Assembly (NCBI GenBank): GCA_048938295.1
Contig: JBHLMI010000010.1
Span: 45,904 to 77,903 of the forward strand
Direction of reading: 5' to 3'
Length of the DNA: 32,000 bases
Origin: Promethearchaeota archaeon
Lineage (GTDB): Archaea; Asgardarchaeota; Hermodarchaeia; Hermodarchaeales; Hermodarchaeaceae
Below are positions 17,261-25,064 of the stretch, in pieces (position 1 is the first letter of the stretch; every line of letters begins with the position of its first letter). The notes under the pieces are model-generated. The model ran no database searches, was not told the origin of the DNA, and was given only the letters and a program-made list of their open reading frames with translations. A program made the translations under genes and the position numbers.

Positions 17261-17289
17261 GTAGGATAAAATATCCTACTATTATTAAA
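17261..17289 (-). promoter_or_regulatory. TATA box followed by a perfect 8-3-8 palindrome (candidate operator)
   Basis: Minus-strand TTTAATAA at 17289-17282, then GTAGGATA-TTT-TATCCTAC at 17279-17261, then TTG at 17247. Confidence 0.6.
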
Positions 17290-17347
17290 GCGCTTCTCTT
17301 GACCAACGATGCGTATAAAGGAACTAGCTATGACGGTTAACACCAAA

Positions 17348-18874
17348 TCAATGAACCAGCAGCGCTTTCTTAATGAAATCTGCTAGTTTGCTGATTTTGA
17401 TTGGATTTTCTTCACCGGTTTTCATGTCACGGACATTCACGGATTTCTTCTCCAGTTCTCGTGGTCCAACGATGACTACAAGGGGAATCTGCCGTTTTCC
17501 TGCGTCATCTAGTTGTTTTGTCAGTGACCATGAAAAACCGTTGAAAATAGTTCGAATTCCTGCCTTTCGGAGTTGTGAGGCGATTTCACGACAGGCACGC
17601 AATTGCTTCTTCGAAACAGCGGCGATGTAGACATAGGCTGGGGGGTCAGGTGGTGGAAGCAGGTTCATTTCCTCTGCCAGCTCCAATATCACCGTCTCAC
17701 CGAAACCAAATCCAGTTCCTGGCAGGCGTTGCCCCTCAAAGACACCAACTAGATCATCGTATCGTCCTCCCCCTGCAATGGCTCGGGGTAGTCCACTGCT
17801 TCGATCCCAAGCTTCAAAGACAATACCCGTATAGTAATCTAGCCCCCGTGCTATTCCAGCATCAAATTCACACACATCGGTGATCCCTAAATCCTCTAAC
17901 TGAGTCGCTAGTTGGCGTAGAGGGTCTAGGGCCTTTTGTGTAGCTTTATCTAAGGAAAGCTGTTCCATTCCTTGAATGAACTCGTTTGGGGTTCCCCGAA
18001 TAGCAGAGAATTCTGTAAGTTGCTCTGCCGCTTGTAAGCCTACTCCGGCTTTTCTAAGTGACTTAATCAACGCGTTACGTTGGAGTTGCGGAAGATTGGC
18101 TCGGAGTGTGCCGATCAGTTTTGAAGGGGAAAGTTTGGGCTCTTCCTTTTGTTTTCCAATGAAGTAATGTCGGAGATTGAGCGCGATTTCCTCGGCTTTT
18201 TTCGCTGGGGTACCGCCTTTTATCAGTTGGTCTACAATAGCCTCCTGTAAGACTTTTTCCTGCCGGTCTAAGACACGGATAATGTCGATGTAGTTAGTGA
18301 GCCTTAAGGATTCGATGAAGCTTTGAACCAAACGGCGGTCATTGATGCGGATGACAAAATCGGTTGGCGCAAAATTCAGGCTCAAAATAATTGCAGCGAG
18401 TACGTTAATGACCTCTGCATCAGCGGCGATATCCTCAGTGCCCAAGATGTCGACATTCAATTGCCAAAATTCTTTGACCCGGCCTCGTTGTTGTGTCTCA
18501 TCTCGAAAGACACGTGAAATCGAGAACCACCGGATAGGGCGCGGATAATACTGTTGTTGGGCAGCAAGCATACGGGCCAGCGAAGGGGTGGTTTCCGGAC
18601 GGAGGACTAATCTCCGTTTCTTCCGGTCAGTAACTTTGAAGGTCTCCTCAACCAGGGATGGTCCGGACTTGAGCTCGTACAATTCTAAGGGTTCAACTGT
18701 TGGGCATTCATATTCGATGTAGCCGAACAATTTCGGAATTTCACGAAAGGCTTGAAGTATCCGATCAATCTGCTGATAGAGTTCCGGGTAGAAATCCCGA
18801 AATCCGCCCACTGCAAGGTTTTTTCCACGTTTCATCGTCACCAACTCAATATTGTACCGCCCACTATTATTCAC
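17348..18874 (-). CDS. hisS: Histidyl-tRNA synthetase (probable start ATG 18835)
   Basis: GFRDFYP, LRPETTP, FRDE..QRGR..EF.Q, IARGLDYYTG.VFE, GGGRYD, and a C-terminal anticodon-binding domain. Confidence 0.96.
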   Translation of the reverse strand: MNNSGRYNIELVTMKRGKNLAVGGFRDFYPELYQQIDRILQAFREIPKLFGYIEYECPTVEPLELYELKSGPSLVEETFKVTDRKKRRLVLRPETTPSLARMLAAQQQYYPRPIRWFSISRVFRDETQQRGRVKEFWQLNVDILGTEDIAADAEVINVLAAIILSLNFAPTDFVIRINDRRLVQSFIESLRLTNYIDIIRVLDRQEKVLQEAIVDQLIKGGTPAKKAEEIALNLRHYFIGKQKEEPKLSPSKLIGTLRANLPQLQRNALIKSLRKAGVGLQAAEQLTEFSAIRGTPNEFIQGMEQLSLDKATQKALDPLRQLATQLEDLGITDVCEFDAGIARGLDYYTGIVFEAWDRSSGLPRAIAGGGRYDDLVGVFEGQRLPGTGFGFGETVILELAEEMNLLPPPDPPAYVYIAAVSKKQLRACREIASQLRKAGIRTIFNGFSWSLTKQLDDAGKRQIPLVVIVGPRELEKKSVNVRDMKTGEENPIKISKLADFIKKALLVH

Positions 18875-18889
18875 ATAGGTAGTGAAAAA

Positions 18890-19044
18890 TGGTGCCGGGA
18901 CAGGGATTCGAACCCCGACCTAAAGCTTTCTGCATCCCATCTTTTAAAATGGGAGTCCACAGGCTTCAATGCTACCATTGCGCCTGGGTAAATACCAGTT
19001 TACACCTTCGGGAGCCAGTGGAGATACACTGGCATAATCCCGGC
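18890..19044 (-). tRNA. tRNA-His(GUG) with three introns: 8/9 (19036-19007, 30 nt), 15/16 (18999-18978, 22 nt), 37/38 (18956-18928, 29 nt); CCA encoded
   Basis: Removing the three segments gives a 74-nt cloverleaf: GCCGGGA TG GTGT AATGGTA GCAT T GAAGC CTGTGGA GCTTT AGGT CGGGG TTCGAAT CCCTG TCCCGGC A CCA. Each junction forms a strict or relaxed BHB. The gene is adjacent to hisS. Confidence 0.9.
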
Positions 19045-19085
19045 ACGGTGCCCCGGCACGAGGGAATGTTGAAACAAGCCCTCCC

Positions 19086-19098
19086 ACAAAAAGCTTTC
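19086..19098 (-). promoter_or_regulatory. Candidate BRE-TATA promoter of tRNA-His
   Basis: Minus strand GGAAAGCTTTTTGT, about 42 nt upstream of tRNA G1, implying a leader of roughly 15-20 nt. Confidence 0.45.
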
Positions 19099-19198
19099 CT
19101 ATCTGAAAAGGGGGGAAGGCGCTTCTTCGTATACCTAGTATTTGTCTGCCTGAGGGCTTATGTTAGGCCCTCATTGGTTAGCCTATGATAAAACCGTG

Positions 19199-19507
19199 CT
19201 ATGCGATGTCGATATTATCGGAGGGGAATCCTAGATTCGCTAGGATGTCCTTGATGTTGTAGCGGTGGTCACCTTGAAGAACAATAACCCCATCTTTTGC
19301 ACTCCCTCCGCACGCACATTTCATTTTCAATTTTGTGACGAGTTCGGAAAGCGAAATATCTCGACTGTTAATGCCTTCAATAAGGGTGACTTCCCGTCCC
19401 CATTTACGTCTTTCAACGCTTACTTTTATTCGTTGCTCGGTTTTTGCCAACTCTTGGCAGCGACAAATATCTTTGGGCAAACTGCAAATCGGACAAATTT
19501 CTGACAT
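19199..19507 (-). CDS. sui1: Translation initiation factor aIF1/SUI1
   Basis: CPICSLPKDICRC N-terminus, RKWGREVTLIEGI, LKMKCACGGS, IVLQGDHR. Confidence 0.96.
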   Translation of the reverse strand: MSEICPICSLPKDICRCQELAKTEQRIKVSVERRKWGREVTLIEGINSRDISLSELVTKLKMKCACGGSAKDGVIVLQGDHRYNIKDILANLGFPSDNIDIA

Positions 19508-19630
19508 TATTTACCTCATAGAATTATGGTACTATGGGGTATCCAGGTTTTACCTTATAAAAGCTTACGCAATAGCTTGTAGGAACCATAAGCCTTGAAT
19601 AAAAGTCCCGGGATAAATTATGACGAGCGG

Positions 19631-19876
19631 TTACCTTGCAGTCAACTTTTTGATAATCTGCGGACGCTCCTTATACATGATGCGCGCTCCGCAAAACGGA
19701 CACTTACTAGATGGTAGTGTGGTTGCGAAGGGTTTGCCACAGTGGGGGCAGCGGTTGCTGGGTGGCATTGAGGGAACTGGCGTCTGGCAATAGGGGCATG
19801 AGAGGGTTTTTCCGCATTTAGCACATCGAAATGTTATCTTGGGCACCTCGAAAAGTATGTGACTGCTAAACGGCAT
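19631..19876 (-). CDS. rpoP: RNA polymerase subunit Rpo12/P with an inserted second zinc ribbon (start may be GTG 19846)
   Basis: FRCAKCGK...KCPFCGARIMYKERP..IKKLTAR signature, with extra CPYC and CPHC pairs between the canonical pairs. Confidence 0.85.
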   Translation of the reverse strand: MPFSSHILFEVPKITFRCAKCGKTLSCPYCQTPVPSMPPSNRCPHCGKPFATTLPSSKCPFCGARIMYKERPQIIKKLTAR

Positions 19877-20023
19877 CTCTTATCGCTTAATAAATCTTGC
19901 TTAGTTCTAGTCTGAATTAAGGCAAGATAAATGGTAGACTAAGAAGAAGAACTCCAACAATCACGCTACCTAAGATTAGTATGATTAGAATTATTGCAAA
20001 GAGTAGATTTTGCTGTTTCTTCT

Positions 20024-21013
20024 TCAAGGTTTGTCATCTCTCTCTGGAAGTAATCCGGTTGTTAGGAAGTTTGCCAAGTGGGTTAGGGCTGGAATCCCAC
20101 GAATCTCATCTTGAAATAACGGCACCTCAGTAATGGTAAAGTCGTCATAGATATCGTGTATTTGGTTGAGATATTGGGTTTGCATTGTTTTTCGCGCTTT
20201 GCAGAAACTACACTCCGGGATATCCGGAAACACCATGTTCACGATGATGTAGCTGCTGGGAATCTGGTATTCATACAGAGTTTGTAGGAGCCGTTCGGTT
20301 TCCGATACTGCCATGGCTTCAGGTATCATAATAATGACGAAGCTAGTCCGTGTCGGGTCAGTGAGCTCAACACGGGCTTCGTTGATGGCGGCTTTCAGAT
20401 TTTCAAGCTTTTCCAAGGAATTGTCTTCTTCCTTTGAGTCGCCACGCCCAAATAGTGATTTTAATCGTCCAAACATACTACTGAAGCGCATTCGGAATTT
20501 GATAAGCTTCCCGAAGAAACTGTCGAGCATTTCTGGTAGGCCTAATAGACGAAGGGTGTGCCCTGTTGGTGCAGTGTCAAAGACGACCAAATCATAGTCA
20601 CACTCGTGGATAAATTCCAGCACCTTGGAGAACGCAAGGGCTTCATCTGATCCGGGAGCAGACATGTCCGTCAAATCTTCAAGGCCCATCATATCTCCCA
20701 TTCCCCCCATATCACTAGTCTCCGCTTGTTGTGCTGTCTGTTTGTATTGCTCATACGCTTTTTGTGGATTAATTTCCATTCCAAAAAGATTCTTCACACC
20801 TTTAATGGGAATGACGTCTCCACCGCTGATATCTTGAGCAAAGCAATCTCCTAGACTGTGAGCTGGATCAGTGCTAATGACGATGGTTTCTCGGCCATGT
20901 TCAGCGGCCCAAAGTGCTGAAGCCGCTGCACTGCTAGTTTTTCCAACCCCGCCTTTGCCACCAAAGAGAAGAAATCGAATAGTTGCCGTTTCTAGCAAGT
21001 CGATAATGGTCAT
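20024..21013 (-). CDS. get3: Get3/TRC40-type (ArsA family) ATPase
   Basis: GGKGGVGKT, STDPAHSL, DTAPTGHTLR, Met-rich groove (DMGGMGDMMG...APGSDEA), CSFC zinc-dimer motif; single ATPase domain. Confidence 0.85.
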   Translation of the reverse strand: MTIIDLLETATIRFLLFGGKGGVGKTSSAAASALWAAEHGRETIVISTDPAHSLGDCFAQDISGGDVIPIKGVKNLFGMEINPQKAYEQYKQTAQQAETSDMGGMGDMMGLEDLTDMSAPGSDEALAFSKVLEFIHECDYDLVVFDTAPTGHTLRLLGLPEMLDSFFGKLIKFRMRFSSMFGRLKSLFGRGDSKEEDNSLEKLENLKAAINEARVELTDPTRTSFVIIMIPEAMAVSETERLLQTLYEYQIPSSYIIVNMVFPDIPECSFCKARKTMQTQYLNQIHDIYDDFTITEVPLFQDEIRGIPALTHLANFLTTGLLPERDDKP

Positions 21014-21078
21014 AACCAGATGTCTCCAATGGTATGTTTCGAATGGCTTCTTTTGCTTATAGACTTATCCCGTGTGGA

Positions 21079-21441
21079 TCAGGGTGGTAACGGAACAATG
21101 AGCTGACTGATTGCTAGTAAGGCGTAAAATAAGATCACGAAGATGGCAATCAATGCAACGGTGGCGACTAGATAAATCGAATAACGCATTCGAAGAAGTC
21201 CACCGATTAGGCTAACAAACATGATGATGAGGATGGCAACGAAGGTGATCACTGCTTCCCAGGTTGGGAGTAGGGATTGAATCAGATCTATCACAACAAA
21301 GGGGTATAGTCCATAGCTGTAGGCAATTATCAAATACCCTAGGGCGCAGCCAAATACGAGGAACAAAATAGTAGCGATTTGATCTAAAGGCTCTCTTGGT
21401 TCCTCTTCTGATTTTGTATCCTTCTCGGATTCAGGGTCCAT
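21079..21441 (-). CDS. Small 3-TM membrane protein with acidic N-terminus
   Basis: 120 aa, charged first 20 residues followed by three hydrophobic segments. Confidence 0.7.
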   Translation of the reverse strand: MDPESEKDTKSEEEPREPLDQIATILFLVFGCALGYLIIAYSYGLYPFVVIDLIQSLLPTWEAVITFVAILIIMFVSLIGGLLRMRYSIYLVATVALIAIFVILFYALLAISQLIVPLPP

Positions 21442-21447
21442 TGTTAG

Positions 21448-22161
21448 TTATTCTCCTGTTGGTTTGTATATGACAAGGCATATGGGCACATTTGCGGCAG
21501 CCCAGCTTTGATATTTGCCTTCATATTTCAAACCATAATCACGCTGACCCTGATTACCGAGGATAAGAAAAAGTGTATTGGCTCGGGCTTGTTTGTAAAA
21601 TCCGAGCAGCCATCGGTCTGTTCGGTGCAATAGTTTTTGGGCTAATTCTATTGGTGGACGACTGGTATGTTCTCTGTAGAGCGTGTCAAAGTCGAGAAAA
21701 TGGATGTATAGCAAATCTGAACGATTCAGTCGTTTTGCTGTTTCGATATAAGTCCTCATGTCAGTATCTGCTGAATGGAAAGTCGCTTGACCTGCGTTCT
21801 CTCGCTGAGCTTCGCGGTCTACACAAACAGCGGACTTTCCTTGGTGAATGAGAAATGAGAATAGGTTGAAACCATCTGGCTGATTCCCATGGATGAGCTC
21901 TTTAATGACATTGGCTGCATACCCGTTTTTTGTATCCAGTGTCAAGAGCAGGTTAGCTTCTTTGAGCAAAAACTGAGGCTTGTGAAGGACAACTTCCAAT
22001 AACCCGAAGTTGTCTAAGTTGACTAAGACTACTCGTTCTGTGGGTGTAAAGATGGATAAATTGATGCCTGGGGTTAGAACGGAAGGAGCTACTAAGCCGA
22101 GTTGGCTAAGAATGGTGGCGGGCATTTGAACCACTAGTCCTTCCATATTTTCAAATGACAT
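21448..22161 (-). CDS. Alkaline phosphatase / nucleotide pyrophosphatase-fold protein with a degenerate active site
   Basis: MPATILSQLG, VVLVNLDNFG, LLYIHFLDFD and LFLILGNQG correspond to the family motifs PTIL..LG, LDGLG, D..H and ADHG. Confidence 0.6.
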   Translation of the reverse strand: MSFENMEGLVVQMPATILSQLGLVAPSVLTPGINLSIFTPTERVVLVNLDNFGLLEVVLHKPQFLLKEANLLLTLDTKNGYAANVIKELIHGNQPDGFNLFSFLIHQGKSAVCVDREAQRENAGQATFHSADTDMRTYIETAKRLNRSDLLYIHFLDFDTLYREHTSRPPIELAQKLLHRTDRWLLGFYKQARANTLFLILGNQGQRDYGLKYEGKYQSWAAANVPICLVIYKPTGE

Positions 22162-22264
22162 GGCTTTTCAACCAGATTTCAGCTTAGAGCTAATCTTAGA
22201 CCTTTTTTTGAACCTAAAAGAGTTTGTTGGGATAATCGGGATATAGGTTGAAGCTGCGGTTCTC

Positions 22265-23446
22265 TCAAATGGGTATCAATACGAGGATGAAGACGAACAT
22301 TTGCATCAGTATTATCATCGCTCCCTCGTAAATGTCCACTTTTTGGTCATCTGTGAGTGCTCGTTTCAAGAACCATAACGATCCTGCGGCAGTGGCAAAT
22401 TGAAGAAGGACAGCTACGTCAAGTGGAAGGGGAAGGAACATCGCCACTCCACCTACGATAAGGAGCAATACCTGTGTGGTTCCACCCAATGTGTTGCCAA
22501 TCGCTATGTCGGCTTTGCCTTTGCCAGCAGCAATTAAGGCTATACCATGTTCTGGTAGAGCACCCACAGCGCCAATGATCAAGGCCATAATGGCAATACG
22601 CTGGGGTTCGATAATGCCAAGTCCGCTCCATGGAATAAATTCGAAGGTCAATTCCACGGCTGATGCCAACAGATAACCTGCAATGAAAATGCCTATGAAA
22701 CCTATAATTGCTACAATAGCTGACATACGTTTCGTATGGCGGGCTTTAGGACGTGCTTTATCCATCGTGTGTGGCTTTTTCACAGCATAGATTGCATACA
22801 ATACGTAGGATAAAACCATTAGAAGTGCTAGGGCTGAAGGTAGGAACACAAGCCCTGGAACCACTCCGTGAATGAGATGATCGATATAGAATAAGATGGC
22901 AAAAGAGAAGAGCAGTGCCATTACAACGATGGTCCAACTAATTAAATCTGCATCATCTTCAACAACTTCACGTGGAACCTTTACAACTCCTGTTTTCCGT
23001 GTCGAAAAGACCACTACAATCCCGAGGAGTAGGATATTAAATCCTGCAGCCATTACCACGCTTAATACTGCAATTTCGACCAACTCGGGATTTCCTTGGG
23101 TGTAGCCAGACCAGGCTGTGAAGGCACTAACCACAGCTTCAGGTGTATTGGATGCGAGGGATGAGAGCACTCCGATGAAATAAGCGCTTAAACCAGCGAT
23201 GGCTCCTACCGATTCTAATCCATCAATGGCGAGATGTGAGGCCCGAAATGTTAACCAGACAGCAATGGCCATAGTCCCGATGATTAGAATCAAAACGTTT
23301 TGGAATACGAAAAGCGAGAGGAGGAAAAAGATGAAAAGAACGAGTGCCACGATTCCTTCTAGACGGGAGATGTGAAAGGCTTTGTGAACCGTTGGTTCAC
23401 TCGTTAGAATATGGGAATCCCCATCCTTGTTATCAGTGTCTGTCAA
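22265..23446 (-). CDS. CaCA-family Ca2+/cation antiporter (CAX/ChaA-like)
   Basis: About 11 TM segments with alpha repeats SLASNTPEA and GALPEH...GNTLG. Confidence 0.85.
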   Translation of the reverse strand: MTDTDNKDGDSHILTSEPTVHKAFHISRLEGIVALVLFIFFLLSLFVFQNVLILIIGTMAIAVWLTFRASHLAIDGLESVGAIAGLSAYFIGVLSSLASNTPEAVVSAFTAWSGYTQGNPELVEIAVLSVVMAAGFNILLLGIVVVFSTRKTGVVKVPREVVEDDADLISWTIVVMALLFSFAILFYIDHLIHGVVPGLVFLPSALALLMVLSYVLYAIYAVKKPHTMDKARPKARHTKRMSAIVAIIGFIGIFIAGYLLASAVELTFEFIPWSGLGIIEPQRIAIMALIIGAVGALPEHGIALIAAGKGKADIAIGNTLGGTTQVLLLIVGGVAMFLPLPLDVAVLLQFATAAGSLWFLKRALTDDQKVDIYEGAMIILMQMFVFILVLIPI

Positions 23447-23456
23447 AGGGACCAGC

Positions 23457-24980
23457 TCAATGGGAGTATTGTTCTGTATCAGTCACTGTACGGAGTAGCA
23501 TTCCCTCTACGGTAAAAGGCATTAAGCTTTTGGCAACATCAATAGCATCGCTAAGTTTTCCTTCAGATTCCGCATAGATTGTTATAACTGGGTCTCCCTC
23601 CCTTACGCGAGAGCCTACCTTGGCATGTAAGTAGAGACCCGCGCCGTGAAATTTGGGCGTACCTGCAGCTCTAGCGATTCGCACCAAAGCTCGGTTTTGA
23701 AGAGTTGCGACGTATCCATCAGTGGGCGCTCGAAGGATAGAGGTGTGAGTTCCAATGGGAATCTCTGATGGTCCGATACTCGCTTTCCCATTTTGAGCTT
23801 CAATGATTAGGCGCATTTTCTCAAGAGCCTTGCCAGAGGCTAGAATATCTTTTGCTAATTTTCGACCAGCTCCTCGTGGAGCCAGACCCCCCATTTCAAG
23901 AAGAATACCGGCTAACCCTGTGGATTTCTCGATTAAGCTAGTTGGTCCTCCACCCATGAGGGTTTCTAACGCTTCCTTAGCCTCGAGTGCTGGACCAATA
24001 GCATGTCCGACAGGTTGACTACCATAGGTCATAGCGCAATGGACATTAATTCCCAGCTCAGTTCCTACGGTGATGAAGTCGCGACTTAATTTTCTAGCTT
24101 CTTCCATGGTGGTCACTTTACACCCTTCCCCAGTTGGGATATCCAAGACCAAATGCTGTACTCCAGTGGAGAGTTTCTTTGCTATGATTGAAGCAATCAT
24201 TTGAGGACGAGGATCAATTTGCAGTGGGTGCTCGACGTGAATAAAAAGATCATCAGCAGGGGCTAGATTCAAGGACCCACCCCATACAATGGCGGCTTTT
24301 GTGTTTTTTACAATTTTCTGTAATTCCTCGACACTAAATTCAACATCAGCAAGCACCTCCATGGTATCAGCCGTTCCACTGGGGCTAGTTATCGCGCGAC
24401 TACTTGTTTTGGGAATTAAGAGCCCTGCAGCCGCGACAATAGGTACGATAATCAGTGACACCTTATTTCCTGGAACCCCCCCGATGCTGTGTTTGTCAAA
24501 CACATTTGTCCCAAAGTCGAGCTGTTTACCTTCTTCTGCCATAGCACGAGTCAAATGGACCGTTTCTTCCAAGTTTAATCCGAGGATGTGTTCAGAAACT
24601 AAAAATGCCGCAGTATCGATATCAGTCAGACGACCTGATACAAGGTCCTCCACGATGGCTTGAATTTCTTCTTCTGATAAAGTCAATCCATCCATCTTTT
24701 TTCGAATAGCTTTGATGGAAGTGGTTTTAACCTCGCTATTAACCTCTATTAAGTCACCCTCCTTAACATGTAATTCCCGCTGAACCTCATTTAAGATTCC
24801 GACCTGTCCCAAATCAACGAGCGAGGTGGAATCGGCTATCGCGACTGTTTCCGACTTTTTGTGTTTGAGCAGGACGCGTTCACCCGCAAACATTGCTAAC
24901 TGGGTAATGTCAACGGGGTTGAGTAAGATTTTGTGGACACCGCCTGTATCCACATCAACAATTCTTGCTTTCAACTTCAA
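23457..24980 (-). CDS. deoA: AMP phosphorylase (archaeal thymidine-phosphorylase family)
   Basis: DKHSIGGVPGNK, KTSSRAITSPSGTADTMEVL, plus the N-terminal extension typical of AMP phosphorylases. Confidence 0.93.
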   Translation of the reverse strand: MKLKARIVDVDTGGVHKILLNPVDITQLAMFAGERVLLKHKKSETVAIADSTSLVDLGQVGILNEVQRELHVKEGDLIEVNSEVKTTSIKAIRKKMDGLTLSEEEIQAIVEDLVSGRLTDIDTAAFLVSEHILGLNLEETVHLTRAMAEEGKQLDFGTNVFDKHSIGGVPGNKVSLIIVPIVAAAGLLIPKTSSRAITSPSGTADTMEVLADVEFSVEELQKIVKNTKAAIVWGGSLNLAPADDLFIHVEHPLQIDPRPQMIASIIAKKLSTGVQHLVLDIPTGEGCKVTTMEEARKLSRDFITVGTELGINVHCAMTYGSQPVGHAIGPALEAKEALETLMGGGPTSLIEKSTGLAGILLEMGGLAPRGAGRKLAKDILASGKALEKMRLIIEAQNGKASIGPSEIPIGTHTSILRAPTDGYVATLQNRALVRIARAAGTPKFHGAGLYLHAKVGSRVREGDPVITIYAESEGKLSDAIDVAKSLMPFTVEGMLLRTVTDTEQYSH

Positions 24981-25064
24981 AGGCTATCTTCCTCCTCTTG
25001 TATTGGTAATACATTAATGAAACCTTTAGATAAAGGTCTGTTCTACTACTTTTAAGACCGGGTG

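Noticed and set aside
19151-19173. Hairpin TGAGGGC-N9-GCCCTCA followed by ACA on the minus strand (possible H/ACA RNA)
   Set aside because: No lower stem, pseudouridylation pocket or K-turn. More likely a 3' structure downstream of sui1.
18889-19188. 99-aa plus-strand ORF (and the 18752-18991 ORF)
   Set aside because: Antisense to the tRNA-His gene and its promoter, with no protein features.
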